Of a stretch of DNA of 30,746 bases, positions 8,341-16,863 are shown piece after piece. The translations under genes and the position numbers were made by a program. The stretch covers positions 1 to 30,746 of IMG/VR virus record IMGVR_UViG_3300024038_000024. One strand, 5' to 3'. The DNA is from a virus. Its lineage: Duplodnaviria; Caudoviricetes. Every line of letters begins with the position of its first letter. Position 1 is the first letter of the stretch. The notes under the pieces were generated by a model, which saw only the letters and a list, made by a program, of their open reading frames with translations, had not been told where the DNA came from and made no database searches.

Positions 8341-8561
8341 TGCCAGCCGGACAAGGCAAGTACGACGTGTTGTGCACGTTTGTCCGCGAGGGCGCCTCGG
8401 CCCAGGCGGCGGCGGTCATCATCGTGGGCGGCAGCCTGGGCGACGGCTTCTCCGTGCAGACGCGCGACCCGGCATTCCTCCGGGCACTGCCCAAGATGCT
8501 GGAGTTCATGGCGCGCGAGATCCGCGCGTCATTGGCGGAAGACTTCCCGGAGGCGCACTGA
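8340..8561 (+). CDS. Hypothetical protein (73 aa, GQGKYD...GG-x2-G-x-GFSVQ)
   Basis: TGATG overlap with upstream stop; resembles the upstream gene product. Confidence 0.72.
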   Translation: MPAGQGKYDVLCTFVREGASAQAAAVIIVGGSLGDGFSVQTRDPAFLRALPKMLEFMAREIRASLAEDFPEAH

Positions 8562-8562
8562 G

Positions 8563-8946
8563 ATGGCCTTCCAGGTGCCGAATCACTTCAGGGTGCGCGG
8601 CGGAACGATGGGAACCACCGACGCCGATGGCAACAACGGGCTGTTCTTCGTGCGGCAGGTGGGCAAGCCTCCGCTGCGCTGCATCGCCACGGACACGGGA
8701 GGCTGGGAGCATGTGAGCGTGTCGCTCCCTTCGGCGGCGCCGAGCTGGGAGCAGATGTGCCGGATCAAGCTGCTCTTCTGGGATGCCGAGGACTGCGTCA
8801 TGCAGCTGCATCCACCACAGTCCGACTGGGTCAACTGTCATCCGTACTGCCTGCACCTGTGGCGGCCCATCGGGCCCGAGATTCCGCGGCCGCCGGGCTG
8901 GATGGTGGCGTATGCGCCGGACCAGCGCAGCGCGGTAGCGCCATGA
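8563..8946 (+). CDS. Conserved phage protein with WEHVSVS...PSWEQMC...QLHP...VNCHPYCLHLW motifs (recalled as DUF7694-like, unverified)
   Basis: GGAGG RBS, ATG 8563; distinctive His-rich conserved motifs. Confidence 0.8.
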   Translation: MAFQVPNHFRVRGGTMGTTDADGNNGLFFVRQVGKPPLRCIATDTGGWEHVSVSLPSAAPSWEQMCRIKLLFWDAEDCVMQLHPPQSDWVNCHPYCLHLWRPIGPEIPRPPGWMVAYAPDQRSAVAP

Positions 8947-9365
8947 AGCCGTCACCAGTACGTCTCGGCTGGCCCAGGCGGCTCTGGCCGCGTTCCGTGC
9001 TCAGCGAATTCGTCGACCTCGAGGTCCGGCTTTCCTTGTGCGCGAGTCTCGCGCCAGGGGAACTCGGCGACGCCTTGCGCGCAGACATGAACGTGAGTCG
9101 GCGCACTTGGGCCAGGCACTTCCTGCTCTTCCGGCTGTTCGCCATATCGAGCGGAGTGATCTGCTTCATATCGCGCGGCGAAGGCCTGGTCGGCCTGCTG
9201 TCAGCAGCGTGCGTCGCGAGCGCCGGCCTGCTATGGCCTTGGGCAGACGCATGGATTGACCGTGCCCACCGCGATCGCTTGCGCGCCCTTTATCGCACCC
9301 ACCGCGATGCGCTCCTGCGCCTCGACATCACCTTGATGGAGAACGCCAAATGCGACGCCAAGTAA
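8943..9365 (+). CDS. Putative membrane protein with two hydrophobic segments (140 aa)
   Basis: ATGA overlap; FLLFRLFAISSGVICFI and LVGLLSAACVASAGLLWPW. Confidence 0.6.
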   Translation: MKPSPVRLGWPRRLWPRSVLSEFVDLEVRLSLCASLAPGELGDALRADMNVSRRTWARHFLLFRLFAISSGVICFISRGEGLVGLLSAACVASAGLLWPWADAWIDRAHRDRLRALYRTHRDALLRLDITLMENAKCDAK

Positions 9366-9853
9366 CCGATACGGACATCGAGGCCATCTGGCGCAGGCTC
9401 GCGCCGATCGCGGTGGCGGACTTCAACGCCTGCGGACAGTTTCCGCCGCTCATCTCCGGGATCCGGCTCGGCGCGAACCCTGGCGAGATCGAGTTCTCCT
9501 CGCTGGTACCGGAGGAAGTCGTCGCCTCCTTGTTTTCGGGTCCAGCGCGCTTGCGTCAGATGTACCTGCGGTTGTTGGTCAACCCCTCGGCGGACAGGCC
9601 GCCCGAGCTTCAGGACGCACACGTCGACATTGCGTTGGCCATCAGCGAGGCCTGGTCCTGTGTTCGTCCGATCGATGACGATTGCAGTGATCTACTGCGC
9701 CAGGGCGCGGTTTCGGAGCAGCCCGATCGCAAGGAATGCCTGGCGTTCATGTTCCGTTGGGCAGAGAGCGGCGGGGCGACCGGGATCTGCTGGATTGACC
9801 CCGCCACTCGCAAAGCTTCCATGGGCTCGCTGATAGCGAGCATGGGCTCCTAA
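9350..9853 (+). CDS. Hypothetical phage protein (SEAW...SEQPDRKE motif, 167 aa)
   Basis: GGAG RBS; motif recurrent in phage hypothetical proteins; ends convergently 1 bp from the next gene. Confidence 0.72.
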   Translation: MRRQVTDTDIEAIWRRLAPIAVADFNACGQFPPLISGIRLGANPGEIEFSSLVPEEVVASLFSGPARLRQMYLRLLVNPSADRPPELQDAHVDIALAISEAWSCVRPIDDDCSDLLRQGAVSEQPDRKECLAFMFRWAESGGATGICWIDPATRKASMGSLIASMGS

Positions 9854-9854
9854 G

Positions 9855-10403
9855 CTAGGCCGCCCGCTTGGGCGACCTCGGGGTCGGGATCCCAGAGTCG
9901 GTCGCCTCGTTTGACCTTCTTAACTTGCCGCCCTTTCGTGCCACCGGAGCAGTGGTGGTCCGGGAGCGTGCAGACGTCGAAGACTTCGATGGATGGGCGA
10001 GCACCGCTGGCGCAGGAGGGAGGTCCGGCCCCTGCTGGCGCTTGTGCGCATAGGCGAGGACGGCGCTGCGGCGCCACCCGGAGACGGGCCTGATGCGGTC
10101 CGGCTCGCCGATGAGACCCCGCTTGCGATCGCGGTCGAAGGTCTTCGTCGAGATGCCCAGGAGCTTGCAGATCTCGGGCCGGCCGAGGACCTGGTCGTCA
10201 CCTTCCTCATCGAGGCCGGTGACCCGCCGCGGGTCCTTGTCGTGGGCCAGCGCGAAGGCGTCGAGCATCGTGCGGAGGAACTCATCGAACGCGTGGTGCG
10301 AGTCGAGCTTGGAGAGCAGTTCGCAGGTGACGCGATAGTCGTCGCCGCTGCGTTCTCTCGCTTGTTCGCGAAGAAAATCCGCGATTTTTTTCCTCTCGCT
10401 CAC
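9855..10403 (-). CDS. Xis/AlpA-like HTH protein with N-terminal helical domain and basic C-terminal tail (182 aa)
   Basis: VLGRPEICKLLGISTKTFDRDRKRGLIGEPDRIRPVSGWRRSAVLAY; GTG start, exact start uncertain. Confidence 0.75.
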   Translation of the reverse strand: MSERKKIADFLREQARERSGDDYRVTCELLSKLDSHHAFDEFLRTMLDAFALAHDKDPRRVTGLDEEGDDQVLGRPEICKLLGISTKTFDRDRKRGLIGEPDRIRPVSGWRRSAVLAYAHKRQQGPDLPPAPAVLAHPSKSSTSARSRTTTAPVARKGGKLRRSNEATDSGIPTPRSPKRAA

Positions 10404-10420
10404 GACCGGTTTTCCGCACC

Positions 10421-10514
10421 TGATGACGTCATCACCGAATTTTAGCCAAACTCAGTGCCTAGTTAGTACTGCTGCGGACGCGAATAGACACAATAAGACA
10501 GTGGGCGAAATGTC
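10421..10514 (-). promoter_or_regulatory. Putative promoter/operator of the 9855..10403 regulator
   Basis: Perfect palindrome TGATGACGTCATCA (10421-10434); minus-strand TAAAAT (10439-10444); GAC at 10477/10487/10497 (10-bp phase); GACA-N10-TGTC at 10497-10514. Confidence 0.6.
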
Positions 10515-10530
10515 CTACAAACGGTCGGAA

Positions 10531-10752
10531 TTACCGCCAGCCAGCCCCCACGCCCACCGCGAAGGTGTCCGCACCGTCTGCGCCCGAAGCGTTGCGCTCC
10601 TGGCTCTGCTCGATCGTCACGGTGATGGAGCACGAGCTGGTGCACGCCGGCAGCCCCTCGACGAGCGCGGAGCGCCAGAGGGTGGGCGAGCTGGTGCAGG
10701 CCTCAAGCGCCAGCGCCGACAGGAGGCAGAAGATCCCGAGTAGACGGTTCAT
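10531..10752 (-). CDS. Small putative lipoprotein/secreted protein (73 aa)
   Basis: AAGGAGG RBS; MNRLLGIFCLLSALALEAC signal peptide with lipobox-like end. Confidence 0.6.
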   Translation of the reverse strand: MNRLLGIFCLLSALALEACTSSPTLWRSALVEGLPACTSSCSITVTIEQSQERNASGADGADTFAVGVGAGWR

Positions 10753-10903
10753 GGTTGGAGCCTCCTTCGGTGGGTGGGGCGGGCGGCGCGTTGCGCCGCT
10801 GCACCTCGGCAATAAGCTTGCACATGACTGGGTTCACCTCACCCCAGGGTCCAAGCGATACATGGGTGAGGATGGTATTGAGCTCTTGGTCAGTAAGGTC
10901 CAT
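10703..10903 (-). CDS. Small helical protein following the tail fibre (66 aa)
   Basis: LTDQELNTIL...PWGEVNPVMCKL pattern typical of small proteins after tail fibres; GGAG RBS. Confidence 0.65.
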   Translation of the reverse strand: MDLTDQELNTILTHVSLGPWGEVNPVMCKLIAEVQRRNAPPAPPTEGGSNHEPSTRDLLPPVGAGA

Positions 10904-10907
10904 GGCG

Positions 10908-11978
10908 TCAGGCTCCCGCCTTGGCTTCGAGCGCTTCGACACGGGCGATGAGTTCCTTCACCGCAGCCGTGGTGAGCACGTTTGTCTGGTCGTACATGAG
11001 GCTGAGATAGCCGTCGCCGTCTTCCGTGACGCTCTCGGGCTGCGCGTTTTGCCAGTCTTGGGCGACAAAGCCCGCGCGGCGCACCGAGGGCTCGTCGGTC
11101 TCATAGCGAAACGTGCCTGCACGCACACCTTTTAGCTTCTCGCACGGATTCTCGACGGGTGCAAAGTCGGTCTTCAGGCGCTCGTCGGAAACGGCTGCCC
11201 AAGACGTTGCGCCGTCAGCTAGCTGAACGCCAACATTGCTCTGATTGACAATGACGTAGGCATTGCTCGGTTCTGGCGCAGCGCTCCAGTACTTACCTGC
11301 GGCGGCGCTCGCGTGGCGCTGAAACAGCGAAGAAACCGAGGATTGAATCTGCACACGGCCCGCCGCATCTCCAACAATCGGCGCAGTCGTCCCGATCAGC
11401 ACGCCGCCGGCTGTCGTTAGCCGCATAACGTTGATTCCAGGCACCGAGAACTGCATCGGCAGTGCGGCGCCCGTGCCGTTCTTGCCGGAGGCGAATGTCA
11501 ACGTGCCGCCGTCATTGCTGATTTCGAGGGAGGAAGAATTGGTCGTGTCCGCCGTGCTCCAGAGCGCGAAGGCGGAGCGCGTCCCGGTCCCGTTGGGGAT
11601 CACGCCTAGGCTCGTGTTGCCGTTCGCGACGTTCGTCTGGAACATGGTCCTGGCGTTCCAGGTCGCGTTACTGAAGTCCCCGGTGATCCGCCGCGCCGCT
11701 CCGCTGAGATCCAGGTTCCCCGCAATACTCTGATTGCCCGAGAAGGCATTGCCCCCGGATAGCACGGCCAGCACGATGTCCGTGGTGCCGTTGAAGAGCT
11801 TGAGCACCGTCCCGCCACCGGTCGTATCCATCCAGACCATGCCCGCCTTCACGTAGGAAGGCCGCGCCGTTCCGGCGTGCGAGGAGTGCACGGCGTCGCG
11901 CCACTGGTTCAGATCGTCCGCCAGCTGCGTGCCGGACTTTGTCTGGGCGTCGATCACGCCAAAGTCATACTGGGACAT
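10908..11978 (-). CDS. Tail fibre/receptor-binding protein with C-terminal intramolecular chaperone (Peptidase S74-like)
   Basis: SDERLKTD...GFVAQD...PESV...YLSLMYD...AVKELIARVEALE; N-terminal SHAGTARPSY...GMVWMDT anchor motif. Confidence 0.9.
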   Translation of the reverse strand: MSQYDFGVIDAQTKSGTQLADDLNQWRDAVHSSHAGTARPSYVKAGMVWMDTTGGGTVLKLFNGTTDIVLAVLSGGNAFSGNQSIAGNLDLSGAARRITGDFSNATWNARTMFQTNVANGNTSLGVIPNGTGTRSAFALWSTADTTNSSSLEISNDGGTLTFASGKNGTGAALPMQFSVPGINVMRLTTAGGVLIGTTAPIVGDAAGRVQIQSSVSSLFQRHASAAAGKYWSAAPEPSNAYVIVNQSNVGVQLADGATSWAAVSDERLKTDFAPVENPCEKLKGVRAGTFRYETDEPSVRRAGFVAQDWQNAQPESVTEDGDGYLSLMYDQTNVLTTAAVKELIARVEALEAKAGA

Positions 11979-11993
11979 GAGGGTCCTCCTCTC

Positions 11994-14900
11994 TTAGAGT
12001 TGTCGCGCGTGGCGCCCTTGCGGGATTGAATCCGACTGGGCGCCGTAGCCCTTGGCCATCCAGTCGAAGTGACGTGCGACCGCCGCGCCGGCGTTATAGA
12101 AGCGCACCGAGAAACCGAAGCGGCTTTGGTTGGTGAGGGTGTAGGTGTCGCCGCTCGCGCCGTTGTCGATGCCGATCGATACCGCGGGCCGCGCCTTGAA
12201 GGCCGGGACGTATTGCACGTCGAGGCCGGCTGCGCCGGCGGCCACGTCGTAGTGCGCATCGGTGCGGTCGGGCATGTCGATGTCGACTTGCGCGCTGCGG
12301 ATCTCCGCGCCGACGTCGGGGTATTGCGCAGGCCCGATGTATTCGGCCACCAGGCGGAACTGGAAATAGCGCGCCGTGTAGTCGCCGACATAGAAGCGGC
12401 GCCAGGGGCCGAAGTCCGCATGGCCCAGGCCGATCGGATTCGCGGAGGCCAGCGGGACCCAAGTGACCATGGTCTGCGAGGTGCTGGTCCAGCGCACCTC
12501 GTGCCAGACGTCGATGAACTCGCCGACCTGCCCCGACCCAGCGCCGGCGGCCGGCGCACCGGCGATCGGATCGACCGCGGCCAGCGGCACCCAGCCGGCC
12601 ATGAAGGAGTTCGCATAGAGCGCGGCGACGTTGATCTGCGAGGTGAGCCGCGTCTGGTAGATCTCGCCACCGTCGTACTGCGTCGCGTAGTAGTACTCCG
12701 CGCGCTGCACGAAGACGCCCGGCGAAACCTGCTGCGAGGCAAGCCTGCCCTCGATGATGTCGAAGCCGTAGCGCTGGCCTCCCCAGCCGGGCGCGTCGTT
12801 CCAGTTCGCGATGACGTTCAGGTTCCAGAGGTTCTCGCCTGGCGTGAAGCTCACGGCGTAGCCCGAGGAGCGGCGCCCGAGGGCGTCCACCGACTTGATG
12901 TAGTAGGTCCCCAGGCGCGTGGGCAACTCGGTCGATGTAGTCGGATAGGCGATGTTACGCAGGATGATCGTCGCGTTGCGGATGTCCGAACCGAGAAAGG
13001 CCGGGTCGTAGCGGATCTCGTAGCCCACGATCGCCTGGGAGTCGGACGGGTGGTCCCAGCTCGCGCCCAGGGTGTCGCGCTTGAGATCCAGGTCGAAGCG
13101 CTCGGGCGGGGGAGGGAGCGGGATTGCGAGCTGCGCGATGCTGCCGACTCCTGGCGTCCCCGGTAGTCCGCCTGCGGTGTAGGGCTGCACGACGTAGTTG
13201 AGCGGATCGATCTTCGCGACCTCGCTCCCCACCATCGCGAACTCATGCACCCCGGTGAGCACGCCCCGCGCGGTATCGACGAGCTCGAGCGATCCGTCCG
13301 GATGGCGCAGGAGGATCTCGGCGTAGGCATAGAAGGGGCTATTGACCTGGAAGGCGATGTACACCCGGGTATTGGGGAAGCGGTCGTCGTAGTAGAGCGC
13401 CGAGGTGATCGTGACGCTCGTGACTGCGAGGTTGCTCGCGTTGATGAGGTCGTCGCCGAAGCCCGGGTCGTAGGGAGGCAGCGCGCCCTGGTCGGCCTCA
13501 TAGATCGCCGGGTCGTAGGCCGCGAGTGAGAGTGTCGCCACCATGTCCGCCTCGGGCGCGATGCTGTCGATGAGGTAGGGGCGGGTCACCCGCGACGCAA
13601 TGCCCAGCACGATGAGGTCGTCGGCGTAGATATCACCGGCGCTGTCCAGGATGAAGGTCGACTCATCCACGACCGAAGCCACCGTCCCTTGGCGCACGCT
13701 CCCGTCCTGCAGACGCACGGTGTAGCTCGTGGGTGCGGTGCCGAAGTTATTGTCGACCGTGATCGTGTTGCCTGCACGGCTTACGACCCGGCAGGCCTGG
13801 CCGCCGATCTGCGGAACGTCGTGGGCCACGAAGACCAGGTCCCCGCGCTGCACTGCGAGATGCTCGGCGTCCATCTTCACGGTGAAGGACTCGGCGCGCA
13901 GCTCGCGTTGCGCGAGCATGTAGCGGCCCCAAGCCCAGGCGTGCGCATAGTCGGTCATGCCGAACGTGGTGAGCGCTTCGATCTTCGTGGCGTTCGCGAG
14001 GCTGTAGCCGTCCGCGTAGACGTAGATCTCCTGGGGCTGGTAGTTGCGGGTCGCATCGTTGAAGGTCACGCGGAACGCATGGAGCGGTTCCAGGAAACTG
14101 CGCACCGCGGCGAAGGAGAAGGAGTTCGCCGGCGTGATGACCTGGCGCGGCGTGCTCTTGACCTGGTCGATGAGCACGCCGTACTTGCCCGACTGCGTGA
14201 CGACAAGCGACGCGCGCGCGCTCGTGAGGATCGACTCGACGACATCCTTGACCGTGGCCATGTAGTCGATGACCACGTCGCAAAGGTACGCGGCCGAGGT
14301 GATCGACTGGCCATTGATGATCCAGGTGCGGGGTGCCGCGCAGTACTGCGCGAAGGCATACCAGGACGGCCAGTCGATCATGCTGTGCGGAATGGGCTGC
14401 GGGTTCGCCTCACCGATCAGGACGTCGAGCGCGCACCAGGCCGGATTGCGCGTGGCCTGGTCCTCGACGTAGTTGCCGCTCGCGTCGTACGTCGGCAGGA
14501 CGCTGATCGCGAGCGCGGAGAGGTTCTGCACCACGCCTGAGAGCTTCTCGCTCCCCTGCACGCGCATCTCCACCATGGTGTGCGGGTGGCGCAGGGCGAA
14601 CATGCCCCCGGTGGTGAAGCTCTTGAGCTGGCTCACCGTGGCGGTGTTCTGCACGCGGTAGTCCGTCGAGATCGGAGTGATCCGATTGAGGGTGATGGTG
14701 TACTGACCCGGGGTCGGGAACTGGATCTGCAGAGCCGCGATCTGCGGCTTCGGGATGCTGCTCCCGACAATGAAGCCAGATGCGTTGACGTAGTCGGGTG
14801 TCGTGGCCGTGACCTGCAGGCGCCAGGTGTCGGGGCCCGACGCGGGGCCGCGACGGAGCACCGCGTTGTTGTAGCCATAGCGCGAGACGACGAGCGGGTT

Positions 14901-16010
14901 TCCCGCCGCGGCGCTCCCGACGCCCACCCCGCGCCAGATGAACGAATCCTCGCTCTTGTATTGGCCTTGGTAGATCAGGGTACGCACGAGCTGCACCCAT
15001 CCGTCGTCGATCCAGCTCTTCGAGCTCGAGGTGCCGGTCGGGACCTGGCGCGTGCGCGCCGAGAGCCCGACAGTGTTCTCCGCATTTGCCGGCCACGCGA
15101 TCACCATGTCGGCGGTGATCGGCCAGGTGTTGACGCCGTCCGAGTACCAGGCGTCGAACTCCACCTCCGTGTTGACGTTGTCACCGGTGTCCGTGCTGGC
15201 AAAGAGGCCTTGCGCGAACGCGATGTCGAGCATCGCCCACTGGGTATTGGGGGCGGTCGTGAGCGAAAGCGGCTCGCCAGGCTGCAGCACGTAGGCGAAG
15301 GACTGGTAGGACACACGTCGCGTCGCGAGCTCCGGCTCGATCGTCAGGGCGTTCGTGTAATAGCGCAGCTCCGGCGTGAAGACGTCCGCCGGCGTGTCGC
15401 CGATCTTGAGCTCCGAGAGGCTCACGTGCCCGATGCCGAAGTCGTAGATCGCTGAGATCGTCGAGACCGTGCCGCTGTTGTAGATCACCGGGTTCGCAGC
15501 AAGCGCGGGAAACATCCGGTGCTGGCCGTAGAGCTTCAGGACCGACTGATAGGGGCGCGCTGCGTTGCTCTGTCCGGTGATGCCGTAGTAGGCCGAGTCG
15601 CGGTCGGTGTTGAAGTTCTGCTTGCCCAGGCTCGGGGGCTTGATGAGCAGGCCGGCGAGGCCGCCAATAACCAGGCCGATGCCCGCCTGAATGAGCAGCG
15701 TGCCGCCCGCCCATGAGGTGAGCGCGCCCACCACGATGAGCACAATGCCCACGACGATCTGGCCGATCGATTTCCCGTGTCCGTCGCCGCCGCCAAGCGG
15801 CCGCAGCCCCACGAGGATGTGGTCACCCTCGCGGATCGTGTAGCTCGCAGGGTCGGCGAGCTCCGTGCCTTGGGAATACACGACCAGGCCAGGGTGGTGC
15901 CGAAGGTGCGCCGGCACGCACTCGTCGAGGACGTCAGCGAGCGGCCGCCCGGGCGTGATGTCCTGGACGACGGGCGGCAGGATCTCGTCGGGAATCAGCG
16001 CGTCGGACAT
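11994..16010 (-). CDS. Central tail fibre / host-specificity tip protein (lambda I+J-like, 1338 aa)
   Basis: N-terminal ubiquitin-like plus hydrophobic segment, GQSNAARPY..LYG, TRNPAW, FN3-like C-terminal domains; position after NlpC/P60. Confidence 0.9.
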   Translation of the reverse strand: MSDALIPDEILPPVVQDITPGRPLADVLDECVPAHLRHHPGLVVYSQGTELADPASYTIREGDHILVGLRPLGGGDGHGKSIGQIVVGIVLIVVGALTSWAGGTLLIQAGIGLVIGGLAGLLIKPPSLGKQNFNTDRDSAYYGITGQSNAARPYQSVLKLYGQHRMFPALAANPVIYNSGTVSTISAIYDFGIGHVSLSELKIGDTPADVFTPELRYYTNALTIEPELATRRVSYQSFAYVLQPGEPLSLTTAPNTQWAMLDIAFAQGLFASTDTGDNVNTEVEFDAWYSDGVNTWPITADMVIAWPANAENTVGLSARTRQVPTGTSSSKSWIDDGWVQLVRTLIYQGQYKSEDSFIWRGVGVGSAAAGNPLVVSRYGYNNAVLRRGPASGPDTWRLQVTATTPDYVNASGFIVGSSIPKPQIAALQIQFPTPGQYTITLNRITPISTDYRVQNTATVSQLKSFTTGGMFALRHPHTMVEMRVQGSEKLSGVVQNLSALAISVLPTYDASGNYVEDQATRNPAWCALDVLIGEANPQPIPHSMIDWPSWYAFAQYCAAPRTWIINGQSITSAAYLCDVVIDYMATVKDVVESILTSARASLVVTQSGKYGVLIDQVKSTPRQVITPANSFSFAAVRSFLEPLHAFRVTFNDATRNYQPQEIYVYADGYSLANATKIEALTTFGMTDYAHAWAWGRYMLAQRELRAESFTVKMDAEHLAVQRGDLVFVAHDVPQIGGQACRVVSRAGNTITVDNNFGTAPTSYTVRLQDGSVRQGTVASVVDESTFILDSAGDIYADDLIVLGIASRVTRPYLIDSIAPEADMVATLSLAAYDPAIYEADQGALPPYDPGFGDDLINASNLAVTSVTITSALYYDDRFPNTRVYIAFQVNSPFYAYAEILLRHPDGSLELVDTARGVLTGVHEFAMVGSEVAKIDPLNYVVQPYTAGGLPGTPGVGSIAQLAIPLPPPPERFDLDLKRDTLGASWDHPSDSQAIVGYEIRYDPAFLGSDIRNATIILRNIAYPTTSTELPTRLGTYYIKSVDALGRRSSGYAVSFTPGENLWNLNVIANWNDAPGWGGQRYGFDIIEGRLASQQVSPGVFVQRAEYYYATQYDGGEIYQTRLTSQINVAALYANSFMAGWVPLAAVDPIAGAPAAGAGSGQVGEFIDVWHEVRWTSTSQTMVTWVPLASANPIGLGHADFGPWRRFYVGDYTARYFQFRLVAEYIGPAQYPDVGAEIRSAQVDIDMPDRTDAHYDVAAGAAGLDVQYVPAFKARPAVSIGIDNGASGDTYTLTNQSRFGFSVRFYNAGAAVARHFDWMAKGYGAQSDSIPQGRHARQL

Positions 16011-16396
16011 CTCGCCCCCTGCCAGCGGAAGAAGCCCGCGACGGCTTGCTGCCAGACATCGAGGCGTTCGATGCAGGACGCGCGTCCCTTGAGCGTGTGG
16101 AGCAGATCACCACCGCCGAGATAGACGCCGCAGTGGCACGCGACCCCCTGGATCCGCAGCGCGACGAGGTCGCCTGGCTCGGGCTCGATCACCCTGAGCC
16201 AGTCGCCGTGCGCCACCATCTCGCGGAGCATGATGCGACTCGAGTCCCCGCGCAGGTTGGTCGCGTCGTAGAAGTAGCGCGGCCAGATCTGGCCGAACGC
16301 TTCCCGCGCATACGCGAGCGCGAGCGTGTAGCAGTCCGCCCCATGGGGCGGGGTGCCGTTGACCTCGTAGGGAATGCCGATCCAGGCGGGGCTCAT
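15995..16396 (-). CDS. NlpC/P60 tail-tip protein (lambda K-like)
   Basis: IGIPY...GADCYTL...PGDLV...HCGVYLGGGDLLH. Confidence 0.9.
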   Translation of the reverse strand: MSPAWIGIPYEVNGTPPHGADCYTLALAYAREAFGQIWPRYFYDATNLRGDSSRIMLREMVAHGDWLRVIEPEPGDLVALRIQGVACHCGVYLGGGDLLHTLKGRASCIERLDVWQQAVAGFFRWQGARCPTR

Positions 16397-16860
16397 AGCG
16401 AGAAGATCGCCGCGAACTGGATCGGGTCGTAGTCGTCCCCTGGAAAGCGGCGCGTGAGGTAGTTGTCCAGGGTGAGCGAGCCCGACACGGTGAGCGCGTC
16501 GTAGCTCACCTGCTGCAGCTTGAGAAAGCCCACGGCCTTTTCCACCGTGTCGAGGTCCAGGGTCGAGACCACCTCGAGGAGCATCGTCGGCGCCTGGGGC
16601 AGGCTGCGGATGTACTCCATGATTTCGCCGCTCACGTTGTCGATCTGCAGCGTCACCGTGGGCAGGCGCTCGGAGTCGTCGTTCGGCAATGAGATCCGGA
16701 AGGGGTAGGCCGTGTAGGTCTGGCCGCGCGAGACGATGTCGACCGTGTTGTTCACCAGGCGCAGGTCGTCATGTCCCGGGAGGCTGAAGGTGAGCAGGCA
16801 GAGGAGGGCGATGTCCGAGGACGTGGCCTGCAGCTGGGCGGTGGCGGCGGCGCTGGTCAC
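16393..16860 (-). CDS. Minor tail protein (DUF1833-like)
   Basis: LRLVNNTVDI...YTAYPFRISLP...LQIDNV motif; synteny. Confidence 0.85.
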   Translation of the reverse strand: MTSAAATAQLQATSSDIALLCLLTFSLPGHDDLRLVNNTVDIVSRGQTYTAYPFRISLPNDDSERLPTVTLQIDNVSGEIMEYIRSLPQAPTMLLEVVSTLDLDTVEKAVGFLKLQQVSYDALTVSGSLTLDNYLTRRFPGDDYDPIQFAAIFSL

Positions 16861-16863
16861 GGC

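Noticed and set aside
8943-9365. Two-TM protein as a holin
   Set aside because: It lies in the counter-oriented accessory operon with no adjacent endolysin, so topology alone is insufficient
10908-16010. Shufflon or diversity-generating retroelement acting on the tail fibres
   Set aside because: No alternative inverted fibre cassettes, no repeated crossover sites, no reverse transcriptase and no TR/VR pair seen
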